Origin: Carcharhinus longimanus
Lineage: Eukaryota
Direction: 5' to 3'
DNA: 64,000 bases
Assembly: GCA_030264375.1 (NCBI GenBank)
Contig: JASCQW010000099.1
Span: forward strand, 52,897,722-52,961,721
Shown: positions 12,331 to 25,416 of the stretch, piece after piece
Numbering within the stretch: the first letter of the stretch is position 1
Layout: every line of letters begins with the position of its first letter
Position numbers and translations under genes: made by a program
The notes under the pieces: model-generated
Seen by the model: only the letters and a program-made list of their open reading frames with translations
What the model was told of the DNA's origin: nothing
Databases searched by the model: none

Positions 12331-15300
12331 CAAAACTGCAATCGGGACTCAATGGCATAATCAAAGTCTGACCAGCATGTTAACAAAAGTTTCAGCTACT
12401 TGATCAGAAGAATAGGTTAAAATAGGACAGTGGAAATGAGGTGGAATGCTGACAGTTAGACAAGTTTAACTGCTGCTTGCTCGATTTCTGTCAGCTGGAG
12501 AGGGGGAAACTCCCCATTAATGTCCGAAGTGTATCAATTCCTTCAAAATATAATCTGCACCAAACAACTATTTGGACAGACAGTTATATTAAACAGCCCT
12601 TAAATAATGTGGTCTGAATTGCAGTAGTGTACTAATAATAACTACAAATTAACAGGTATTGCCTTCAGTAATTCTAATACTGTACCTTACTGGAGGTGTT
12701 ACTGCAAAACAAGAAAGTAATATGGTTAAAATGTATGAGGAGAAATTTTTTTTTAGGTTAGTCAACATGTATCTTTATGTTCCAACAGCTCCATATGAAT
12801 TTCGGCATTGCATAATACAGAAACCAAGAGCTAGTGACAAGACGATGATTTATGCCTCCAGCCAGGAAGATTCAGAGGGCCCACGGAGGGTAAAGTGCAA
12901 AAGGGGGAGGCTAGACAGCTGCTCTCAGTGGGCTTGCTTTGGCAGCCAGGCTGCAGTTACCTCTTGCGAAACCTGTACCTGCAGACGAGCTAATCCACAA
13001 CTACTCTCCACTAGCAGATGGGGTGAGGAAGGAACTGTAGATGAATATTAAAGGAGTAGAACAGTCCCTCAATCAAATAACAGATTCGAACACTGGCAAA
13101 TGAACTCGCAACAAAAAAAAATAACAGGTGCTGGCATCGATATGACAAAATGATGCAGATTCTCTTCCACGTTGCTGTAAGACAAAACTAAATCTAAAAA
13201 ACAGTTCACATGGGGGGAAAAAAATGAAAAAAAAGAAAATAGGAGGAGTAGCCGAGCTGTATGATTGCTCCCAAATGGCAATCATCTCCCCAGAGGCTGA
13301 CGCCAACTTCAAATACCTTCATGTTCTGCATCCAAATTTGTGCTTCATTAGGCTACAGAGTTTTCAAGGTTTCCATTGTAGACACTCTAATTGCCTATTT
13401 GAAGCAGTAATTCAAGTGTAAGGAAGGACCCCAATATCAAATTCAACCACATCACAACAAATGGGAGTGCCATATTGATATATGTGTATATGGGTNNNNN
13501 NNNNNCAGTGTTAATTTAAGGTTTACATGTTGGCATCTTTATATGGGTGGCTGGGAGTAGAACAAAAGGCTGCTATTTGTCTGAAGGCTCATGGGGAAAG
13601 ATGCCATATCAAAACCAGCACAACATCCGTCAGGCCTGTCTCTAACTTCCCTTATCAATTACTGAGCTGTCATCTAAACTCTTGCACATAAGCAAATGTT
13701 AAAACATTTAAAACAGGCCTGCATAATGGATGCTGCTGTAGGGGCAGAGGTATATCTTGGCAGATGTGAGGAAACAGTAGCTACCAAAGGCATTACTGCG
13801 CTACGTTTTGTACGGGAAAGGAAGCTACTGATTTCACTATTGAAGAGTTTTATTTCTGAAGAAAAGGATATACAACATTGATCATATTACATTAGAACAA
13901 TTACAGTTCTGAAGACCGTGCCACTGGGATAATTCCACACTTGCTGGTACAATACTAGTACCATATGTGCAAGTGGGAAACATCTAATTATATTGCCTGA
14001 TTGTGTTTTTTATTCAGGAGTGGGTAAAAGAAAACAAAGTTGAGGGGAGGGGTCAGGGGGCAGGGGAGATGCCAAGATTTGATGAGTACAAGGTACTACA
14101 TTTAACGTCATATTTTCTACATGTTGAAAAGTACATATAAAGGGAAGAAAAATATGGTAAGTTATATTTTAAAATGGGTTTTGACATGACTGCTGTTGGC
14201 TATGGTTGCTATGAAGCAAGGTCCCTGCTTTGGAATTAGTATGACATATACTGGTTTGAAAGCAAAATACTGTGGATGCTGGAAATCTGAAAGAAAAGCG
14301 GAAAATGTTGTTGTTTCTGGGACTACCCTTGTACCAGATGTTTTAAAGTGCATTTTTGGTAGCAGAACAGAGCGAACCTTGGCGAAGGAATCAGTGCAAC
14401 AATGACATTACAATGACAGTGTCCCTTTAGCTGTGTCAGCATACCACAACATTTTTGTTTTGCAAATTCTTGACATTAAACATTTCAGGATACATTAATA
14501 AATTGAATTATGTCGTAAAATGACCCATGTCTTCTGTTCAATGTGGTACCTGAAGTGGATTAGCTCAATTTCTTATTTATTTATTCTGTGAAAGATGGCC
14601 ACATTTGAAAAGGTAGGTCATATGGATTTGATTTGTGGTGGTTTTAAAATGCAGTCTAGTAGAAGGTGATAAAGGGGATTCTCTCTCTTTCAAGAGCCAT
14701 TACTATTAACATTTAATTACAAAGTACAGTGAGTGCTCCTCTTGGAGGAGTCAGGTTTACCAGTACTGTATAAAACATTGAAGTATTACCCTTCCAATTT
14801 CCACGTACTATTCATTTTAATAATGTATTTTTTATTGAAAGTTCTTCTTCTCCCATCACTTTCTTTCTATTTTCTGTCACTTGTTGGCTGTCCAAGATCA
14901 TCCATTCTCGGATGCTTACAAAGGTGGGGAGGGGGTAGTCACACTTCTACGTGCCTATGACAAACACAGCTTTGTGAATGATTGGTCCCGAGATACGATT
15001 CAGGCCGGGAGAACCCTGCCTGCATCAGTTCTTTCCTTTCCCAGCACAAGGACCTTTCCACCCTCACCAGTTCAAGATTGAACGTGTCATTTTCATGGGT
15101 AATCTTCCATCCGGTGGGTTTGGCTAGAAATTGAGAAGCAAGTTGAAATAGCACTTTGCAATTTGAACTCGTGCACCCTTGCAATTGGCAGAACAACATT
15201 TGATTAGGAGCTTCCTTATTCAGTCTGACTCTTAAACAAGCATGTGGAGAAAAAAAGTCAAACACTCGATTATCATAAATTTTTGCTATTGAAATGATCA

Positions 15301-15658
15301 ACTGGAGTTTGACAAGATCACTGAGCCCACTGTGGATTATGAACACATTATTTATGTTTTCTGAATTTTGTGCACATCACCTGCATCAAGCATTACTCCC
15401 AAATATATCAATTTAAATACATTACACATTATGAAATAAGTTTTAATGAAGTAAGACTTCTAAATCAGGTAGTCATATGCCAAATGCAATAAATATAAAA
15501 CCGACTTATGCATCTTATTTAACTTATCTGTATGTAATACACATGATATATTTATTAATGTTAAAATTTATCATGCTTCTGTCATTTCAGTTGCATAAAA
15601 ATCACTAAAACAATATAGATCACAATGAAATATGACTATTAATTCATACTGTACCTTA

Positions 15659-16060
<402 letters not shown>

Positions 16061-18323
16061 TTAAATACATTAGTGCCTTAATGAAAATGCATTTTGTTTA
16101 TTGTCCTCTGGAGAGGAGGGTCATCACACAGAGTGCATAAATTGCTAGTGCAGACAAGGCAGGTTGGCAGTGAGTGTAATTGTAACCTTGATACTACATG
16201 TTAGCAGTACTCAGGGTCCATCACATTCCCCTAGAAACATATGCAACTCCCTGTAATTAGCACCGCATCCACCTGGGACAGCAGCTCTGATGAAATATTT
16301 CAGAGTTAATCACACTTTGTAAACACTGATTTATATTGACTACCCTTCTCTGAGCCGATGCTTCCTCATTAAGTAACAGATTAGTGGAACACTAAGAGAC
16401 TAAATACTGAAAACTCCTCATTCAATGCAAAATCTTGTGTAAAACAACAGATCTGGGAAAGAAATCTATTCACATATACATCCCATTCACACAACTGCTT
16501 CACGGAAAACATTACAATACAACTTGTATGCAGCAGATGCAAATTATGCAATCTCTTCTACAGAAAAGGAAATTTAATTTTCAAAATATCTGACTGCTTA
16601 CATACACAAGCGATGAATAACATTCTTAAAAATGTATTTTTATCTTAGAACAGGGAGGATCAAGCAGAAAACTGACATATGGTGCAGAAGTTTTATCTTC
16701 ATTTTCCCTTTTGGAATAAAATGCTCTCTTCCTCTTTCATCTATATTTGCCTAATTGAGGATATTAAAAATTAGAAAAACCTACTGGGGTCCATTTACGG
16801 AAACAGTTATGACTAGATGCAATCTGTAACTTGCTGTAAAAATGTCTTGATAGTCACATAAATGGGAATAGCGATTGGTCTGCATAATGTAGCATATGGG
16901 ACAATGATTGTGCATCTATGAGGCCAGTATCACTGAGCACAGTAGCCACTGATGCGTTATGAGATAGGAACTACTCGGCAACAAACAAAATTACTGACCA
17001 AATACTGATTCCATTATAACCTAATTACTTGCAGATACTCTGAGAAATTAAATGGCGATGCACTACCACAAATGCAGTAATCTAATGGATTTAGGTATTA
17101 CTAGAGAGTAGGAGTTTTGTTGCAATCGTTTTATGTTGTGTATCATGCCACCACATGCACTGCAAGGCCTCAGTGAAGCTCCAAGGAAAGAAAACTCCCC
17201 TGTCCGCTTTGGTGTAACCATGAGTTCAGATAGGGAAATCATACTGCAGAAGTCACTATAATCATATAACTTGGCTGCAACTGAACAAATATTCTACAGA
17301 TGATGCAAATTATACACAAACAATTCAAAACTGTGGGCCTGGTCTCATTGTAGTTCATACGAACGCCTTGCGCAAAATCATACAAATGAAGGCATAAACG
17401 GAGCAGGTAATTACTGCTAATAGTGACACTTACCTGTGCAAAAGATGGTTCAAAAAGTATTATTTCAAAAATTATCTTCAAGTTTCAATCTCCCCATCAC
17501 CTTCATTAATTACTATATGCGTCATTAACTAGTCATTAATTACTGTACACACCATTAACTGCTCATTTTCATCTTGGATAATAGAAAAAAAAGCCTAAGT
17601 TTCACCACAAAAGGAAGATATTTACATTATAATTTCAATATTTATTCACTTGAAATGAGTGTTAGACATTTGAGTTAACAGAAACCTGAGCACTTAAATA
17701 AAAGGAGAATTATCTGTGCTTTTTCAGAACTACCAGAAGTTGGTCAAATTCTTGTTGTAACCTAGGTAACTACTTTATCTACAAACAGTGGTTAAAGAAT
17801 ATTGCCACATAGAAAATCCAGACAACATCTGTCTTTAAAAACATTTTTCCCCAAAATATGGGGAGGTAGTGACTGGATAAAGCATTTGTTTGAATATTTA
17901 AGCTTTTTTTTTCTGTATGAATCCAATTGAAAATAATCAGCTGGCTCTGACTAAAATTAGTGGAAATGATTAAAGTTAATAATAGAACAATAAAGATTCT
18001 TGGCATTCCTGATGAAATATCTAGTTTGACACTGTTTTCTGTGCACAGTTGCTGGCCTCTCTATCATCTGTGGAATGTCTTTTAAACTAGGCTTGTTCTT
18101 CAAATAACTTAATGATCAATCTGTTATTTTGCCCACTGATAACTACATCTAATTTGGAGTCATCAGTTAGCCAATTAGAAGCTTAGTAAAGTTCTTCCAT
18201 TGGTATTGAAACTAAGAAAACACAATGGGGCCCTTATCTACTGTGTGTACCAAAAGCGTACTTTTTTACCTCAAAGACAAATAATTTGCAAGAATATCTG
18301 GCAGAATAGTAACGAGGTATTAC

Positions 18324-18736
18324 CTTGTATAGTACGCTTGAAGAATGCTTTGCAGGCCTCACAGGAAGCAACACCATAATGATATCCTGATGCTATGTCA
18401 CCGCAGACCAAACACAATCTTTTGGGCATGGAGTTCAACATGTACTCGCACTTGGTCTGCGAGTCTTCGGCTATAGTGCTCGAACAGTCGTCGTACCGCT
18501 TACGGGAGCTGCCGTTGCTGCCCAAGCTGGTCGTTGTGTAGAGTGGGGGAGAGTCCAGGCCATTCTGGTGTCCATTCATAGTGGAGCTGTAGCTCCCACT
18601 GGCGTCCGACGAGCCACCTGGACTGTGGTGATTGATACTATCTGTCAGCGAGGCAGGGCTGGACGGCTCTGTCTTAATGTATGATGAGCAGCTCGAATCA
18701 ATGTGTCGATCCTTGGCTGACATTCTGCAGAGAAGC
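18324..18736 (-). CDS. ESRRG: ESRRG coding exon 2: AF-1 region with [12 protein letters not shown]/phospho motif and first C4 zinc finger
   Basis: Acceptor cttttcacag|GCTTCTCTGCAGAATG; donor ATACAAG|gtaata; 413 nt. Encodes [66 protein letters not shown]...[31 protein letters not shown]-box CEACKA marks the ERR family and the N-terminal sequence is gamma-type rather than beta. Short-isoform ATG at 18723. Confidence 0.98.
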
Positions 18737-21700
18737 CTGTGAAAAGCATTGAATTAAAAACAACATTCTTTAGGGGCTTTCTGATAGGCAAGGGACCAGG
18801 CATCATTCATTCGTTAGTCAATACAAGTTGTTCTACACGAACATAATCAGCATAAGGGCATGACAGAGGTTTATCAAAGCGCGAGACAGGTGGTAAACAA
18901 AACTTAAAAGTGGGGGTGGGGGGGGAAGAAGAGGAGGCGAAAGAAAAGGAAAGAAATCGTCCTCAAAACCATTCCTCACACACACAATAATTTCCTTCCT
19001 TCAAATTCAGTCTTGCAAACGTATTCTAACAACCACTGCGCAACAGTTACAAATAGGTACTATCAGAATATAATCTGCTCAGGCCCTACTGCCAAAACGA
19101 TTTTAAAAATACCAGATATACCGGGCAAAATAGGCACAGCTAGGCTTGAAGCAATCGCTGCGGTGAACACTTTGAGATTTAAATACGAGTTGTCTCAAAA
19201 ATGCTAATAGGAAACTTGTAACAAAAAAAGTACAATGACAAAAATCCCTGAAGATTGATTTAATAATTTTTCAATTGACACAAATTAACCCCCATTTGAA
19301 AAACACAACCAAATCTCTCAGTGCAGGGTGACATCAAATTTTGCATTGACAGCACAGAATGGAATGAAGTCAATTCTTCACCCACAAAAGGATAAGATCA
19401 TAACCTCCCAAATAGCTTTTTTCTGACAGAAAAGGTTTTCTTTGTTAAATATAGTTTTTAGAATTCCATTGCTCTTGCTGCTAATGTGAATTTTAGTGCC
19501 TCTAATTTTAAATTCAACTGCAGACCAGAATAAAAATCAGCATCTGACAACGGAATTTATAGATAGTTGTGCATGTTCCAATCCCACATTAATAGTGCCA
19601 TGGAATTTCAAGGGGAGAGAGGGAGAGTGCACTAATAATTTCCGACTGAAGTCTGTGAACATAATGTATTGGAGAGCAGTAATTACAATGTAATAAGTGG
19701 AAGAGTAAGTACTCTAAATTAGAGGAATTCACAGAGCTGTTGTAAGTCAACGCACATTCAGCTCTCTCTAATGTTGACTTGGGAAAAATTTAATCCCCAC
19801 TCTTTGCCCCGAGTGGTAGTCAAGGGATGGGAGAGATATCAATTAATTACTGCTCTCATTAACAGCACTGGCTGCAAGGAAAATTTGTTGCAGGCAAGGT
19901 CCTTGACTCATGCAGTCTGGCAAAGAATGTCCCTCCGATACCACACCAGAGCTGGACAGAAAGAGCCGCTTGACAATTTAACACCTTTTTACACGAGCAA
20001 AGGGAAATCTATAACACACTATTTATTAAGTTGAAAAATACGACTGATAACCGATTGAAAACAAATTCAAAAACAACCTTACGATCCTCAAATTAAATGA
20101 ATGATCAAATGCAATTAACTAATTGCAAGGTATATGACAGGACACATTCTAATCAAAAATGATTAGTGTATTTCCAGGCTTACTGTTAGTTAACAGCATT
20201 CTGTTAAGTAATAGCTGGGTATGAATATTGGTGTGACCAGTTATTTTCTTGGGTTTGCCCGGTGTGTGCATACTTACTTTACCTACGGATAACAGACCTA
20301 TTCTGTCTCCAATTACATGAAATACATTTCCATAAGATTTCAAAACCAAATATTTTGGAAAAAAAACAGAGACAATGACAAGATTAAAAACTAAGGATTA
20401 AAAAAATCTTAAATGCCTTGTTGGTTACCCCTATGCTCCACTGATGTAGAAGTAACACTCTACCAACACTTGAAACTTTCCAGATTTTCCATTACATTTA
20501 CTAACAACTAGACAATTTTAACATATATACTGCATTGCAGGTTCCGTGTGAGTTATCAATTTTGGAGCAATATAAACAAAAATTGGCGACCGCAACAGTT
20601 TATTAATGAGCCTTAAGTTTGGAGGTTTGCCCACAAGCTCAGCTAACACTGCATTTTCTCTTTTGACGTGGTAGGTCATTAACGGAAGTGATGGCCAGTG
20701 CTAGAGCTTGAATGTTCTTGCCTCAGTTGAGTGAGCTTGGTTGCTTCTTTGTCGGGCCACACAGAAAAGAAAATGGCATCACCCAGCTCATCGCACTCCA
20801 GTGATCTCCTTTGGTCACGCGGAACCCTACAATACTGACCATGATACCTTCCAAGGCAGCAATTCATCCATAATGAAGCAGACAAATGAAAGAAAAAGCC
20901 TTCCCTACGTTCCTTGCATCAGATCCAACTAACGCCAAGTCAAAGTAGTCATCAAAATATGGCCACCCTGCTTGTCAAACCGATCCCCTCTTTAAATGAG
21001 GTAACAGGCCATTATATTTGTTACAACCATTACAACATTTTTAAGCTTACAAATCAAAAATGCCTGCGCATAAACAATGCCTGGCAAACCATGTGGCACA
21101 CAACACATATTAAGACAGCATTTTCAAACTGATCAATATAATTTCCATGGTGAAAATTAGCATGGCTGCCTTCACTTTTGATCTTCCAACACGTCAACAA
21201 AACTGTAAGCGCTACTTTGCAATTAGAAATTTCCTGCCTGCAAACCACAAACCCGAGACAATAATACACCTTTTTAAAATCATGTGTCTTCCTAGCTGAT
21301 CCTCCCTGGACGCATGATAGTAAATTAGCTTTCACTCAATACTGCTATTTTTAAAAAATATTATTAAAAATTTAGTCTTGGCGCAGAGTATTTTCAAAAT
21401 TGTGATGTTTACAATAGATTTGGGAAAGACTGCTTTTCCTCTGAGAATCACCAGACTTTGAGCTTGTAGCAATGTGCAACTAGAAAGTTATTTTATCTGA
21501 ACTGAATGTTATTTGAAGACATTCTTATGAATCAATTTCCTTTTCCCACCTCATTTTTTTTTGCTCTGAAAAGATTTTGCAAACTGAGGGAGCAACCTTC
21601 TCTGAATTTAGATTAGTGGTTCTGAAAGTAATCACTGTAATTCTTTTGTGCTCCAGCAAAAGAATCCACTACAATGTTAACGTTTCTGCTTTGAAGAGCA

Positions 21701-22940
21701 CACTGTAATTCACTTTTCTGCTTGAACTAATTGTACTCTCTACACAAGGTGCCAAAATATGGATCAGTCAATAGGAAAATGGCACCAAACGGCATTCAAC
21801 TCGGACGGGGGGTGGGGGGTAAAAGCACATCTAGATGATACAGTGTGTCAGGAATCAACACTGTAATGTATGATTTGGGAAAACATGACCATTTCAGTGT
21901 GACAAGGTGTCATTATGGAATCTAAATGATACAATGGCTTGTCAACTGTCGGAGCAAACATATCATCATTGCATTAAGGCATAGTGGTGAGGAGAGAACA
22001 CTTTATACTGGCAACAACAGCATTTTATAGCTGTATCGGAGATTTCTATAGGTTAGGATTAAAATCCAGAGCATAGGTGAAATACGTATCTGATGGTCAG
22101 AATGGGAAACAAAGTGGAGTGTGCTGTTCTAGAAATGTACTGACTTTTCTTTTAAATTGTGTATATAATTTTTAAAGAAACTCAGTGTGAATTTTGATCA
22201 GAAAATAGAATATTCTATTAATAAACGTCATTGCGAGGGTGCAGGTGGTCTGTTGGAATTCAGGGAGTTAAAAGTGGCAAAGTGCAGATATTACAACAAG
22301 AAGAGTTAAGAAGAAAACTAGGAGCTTCACACTGCAACCACTCATCAGACTTTGACATAATGTCACGTAGTCCCCTTAATAGCATACTGCAGTCCTTTAC
22401 TCTCCTAGCAAGAAAGTGGCTATTGAAATACAACAATAAAGCAAACTACATTCGCTATAATGGAGCTCAACACATTGTCTGAAAGAGATAAATTAAAAAG
22501 GGTCGAGTGCAGACAGAAAGAATCTTGCATAAAAGGGCAAGGCAAAAATTCTCCAATCTATGTCAGGTGGAGATTCTGTATATTGAGAATGGATGTAATT
22601 TTGTGACAGCTCTTTCTTCAATCTATGTTTAGATTTCCAGTTTAATTTTTGTCTTACCACATGTTGTTAAAAGTTGAATATAGTATTTACATTCATTTAT
22701 GCATATATTTTTGTCCTAATGTTAGTCCTCAACACCATTTGTTGTCAAACCATGCAACATATCAAAGAACAACAATGCTTAAAATGTATTTTGAAGTTGG
22801 ATCCTAACTCCTATCATGGTACTAATATGACTTCTGATTAAACAATCCAGTGACACAAATAAATATCACTCATCTTAATGTGCGAAGAGTTTGCAATACA
22901 ACAGCACTAGCTTTAATTTAGCAAATTAAAAATAACAAGG

Positions 22941-24112
22941 TTTCATCATGTGCTCGCAGAGCCGGAGAGCACATAGAATCTTTGAGCAATTATTTTCTGC
23001 ACACAATTCCTTCTACAAAACTATTTGGAAAAACTAGATAGGGAGGTTGGATTTATTTTATCTGGGCCCTTCTCTCTCTACTCAAGGCTGAGAATCTGAA
23101 ACCAGTTTCACCAGCAGATGAAATTCTATTTTCGTCTGATTGACAAAGAAGAATAATAATTATTGCTGTATGCAAGTGGTGAATTAATGCACAGGGAAAG
23201 TGAAACTTACAGAGCGGGATTTTCCCGGCCACGCTCACCTGAAAACCGGAAAATTCTGGTCAATGGAACTTTGCCACCCTGCTATGATTCGCCTGACAAG
23301 CAGGATGGGAAAACTCATAAGAACAAATGTAACCAACTTGATTTGATGATAATTGTTGTAAAATCCCATTGTTTATCGAATGTTTATGTGGCTTGGCAGA
23401 TTTTACCTTTTCCCTGCTCCCTAACTATTCCTCCTATTCAATTTTTGTTGCACCTCAATTATGGAACGTCCTACTGTTGATGGAAAGATATCAAGTGGTC
23501 GACCTGTGGAGTTCACAAGCCTTTATCTCTTGTAACTGCCAGTTTACAGAGGACAGTCATGTTCAATTACCTAAACTCGAAGTGTCACCATTTTTATAGG
23601 GAGCGACTTCATTTTGCTTCTTCTTTAAGCAAAAACAGTAGTGGGCAAGTCAAGACTCCACAGCATTTTTTTTAAAAATCAGGATTTCTATTCGGGAACA
23701 TTATGGGGAGAATTTTCCCATCCTGTTCATCATGGGAATCATAGCGGAGGACGGGGGGATAATGCAAAGTTCTACTGACCTTGGGTGGGATTTCCCGGTT
23801 TTCGGGTGAGTGTGGCCGGAAAATTCCGCTCTGTGCGTTCACGTTCCCTGTGCATTAATTCACCACTTTATTGCCTTTCATCCAGCAATAATTACTATTC
23901 TTCTTTGTAAATCAGACGAAAATAGAATTTCGCCTGCTGGTGAAACTGGTTTCAGAATCTCAGCCTTGAGTAGAGAGAGAAAGGCCCAGATAAAATAAAT
24001 CCAACCTCCCTATCTAGTTTTTCCAAATAGTTTCGTAGAAGGAATTGTGTGCAGGAAATAATTGCTCAAAGGCTTCTTATTTGCTCTCCAGCTCTGCGAG
24101 CACACGATGAAA
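22941..24112. repeat. Large inverted repeat: arms 22941-23320 and 23701-24112, spacer about 380 bp
   Basis: The arms are reverse complements. This is also visible as near-identical peptides from ORF 23053-23238(-) and ORF 23810-23998(+). The inner end of each arm carries a MITE copy. Confidence 0.95.
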
Positions 24113-24878
24113 TGTGAATAAAAAGAGCTTTCAACAATATCAGTTACTAATGGAGTTGCTCCATATGCCTGCACCCTCGTAGGCTTGTGACTGCAGCTCA
24201 TCAGTGCCAGCGATGGTTGAAAAGCAGCAACTTACTCTCCAGATTTACTACAATCACTTGCCCCAGTGCAAAGCCGAGGCAGCTTGGTTGCTTTGCATCT
24301 TTCCCGGCTTTGGCACACTTCCCTGGTCGTGTGGTGTAACAGTGGTTGAACAGAATAGAGGAGGGGGGGCCTGGTCTATCAGGAAGGAACATGCTCGAGT
24401 CTTAACAGTGTCGAGGTTATAATGAGGGAAGGAAGACTGAGGAAGATAAGGCATTAAACACAAAGAGAAGAAGAGATAACTTTTACGAGAAGGCAGACTG
24501 CAAGAGCAATGCTCAACAGTAGCATTTTCAAAGAAGATCACGCCATGACACAAGGCTTATTTAGGAACATAGCTATTAATCTTCAAATCGATGTCAGCAA
24601 AAAGAAGACAGGAAAATATACCTTTACATTGGTAATGATACTTTAACCTCTGCTATTTGTCTCTCGCGCTAAAAGCTGTAAAAACAGGCTTGAAATTTAT
24701 TTAAAGGGATACACTAATAAAAGTGAAAGTGTCCCTTATATCCAGTTGTCCTCATTAAACAGAGATTGCTGGCAATCAATTGGTGTCTGCAAAAATGGCC
24801 CCTAATGAAAAAGCATTTTCCCACAAAATACATTCCCACTCCCACTAAAAATATAAACTGGGCCCCATTGTTAACTGG

Positions 24879-25416
24879 GGGTGGCAAGGTGGCACAGTGG
24901 TTAGCAAGTTTTTTTTCACACAGGAGGTGGTGGGTGCCTGGAACTCACTGCTGGGGGAGGTAGGGGAAGGAGATAAGATAGTGACTTTAAATGGGCGTCT
25001 GTACAAATACATAAATAGGATGGGAATGGAGGGATATAGTCCCCAGAGGGTAGGGGATTTTAGTTCAGTTGGGCAGCATGGTCAGTGCAGGCTTGGAGGG
25101 CCGAAGGGCCTGTTGCTGTGCTGTAATTTTCTTTGTTCTTTGCTACCTCACAGCGCTAGTGACCCGGGTTCAATTCCCAGCTCGGGTCACTGTCGGTGTG
25201 GAATTTGCACATTCTCCCTGTGTCTGCATGGGTTTCCTCCGGGTGGTTCAATTTCCTCCCACAGTCCAAAAGATGGGCAGGTTAGGTGTATTGGCCATGC
25301 TAAATTGTCCCTCAGCGTACCTGAATAGGCACTGGAGTGTGGCAACGAGGGGATTTTATAGTAACTTCATTGAAGTGTGAATGTAAGCCTATTTGTGACT
25401 AATAAATAAATAAACT
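24879..25416 (+). mobile_element. V-SINE (second tail type) split by a CR1 insertion
   Basis: Head ggtggcacagtggttagca stops at 24906 and resumes tgctacctcacagcgc at 25141; ends aataaataaataaact. Confidence 0.9.
24907..25140 (+). mobile_element. 5'-truncated CR1/HER1 LINE 3' end nested in a SINE
   Basis: Encodes FFTQEVVGAWNSLLGEVGEGDKIVTLNGRLYKYINRMGMEGY (CR1 ORF2 C-terminus), then gggccgaagggcctgt and a ttctttgttctt tail. Confidence 0.9.

Noticed and set aside
18271-18323. ORF-track extension [16 protein letters not shown] after ...RTIQG
   Set aside because: Read-through into the intron past the canonical donor at 18323; not coding.
23053-23998. Two near-identical ~61-aa ORFs suggesting a duplicated small gene
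   Set aside because: By-product of the inverted repeat; their starts lie in MITE sequence and there is no coding evidence.
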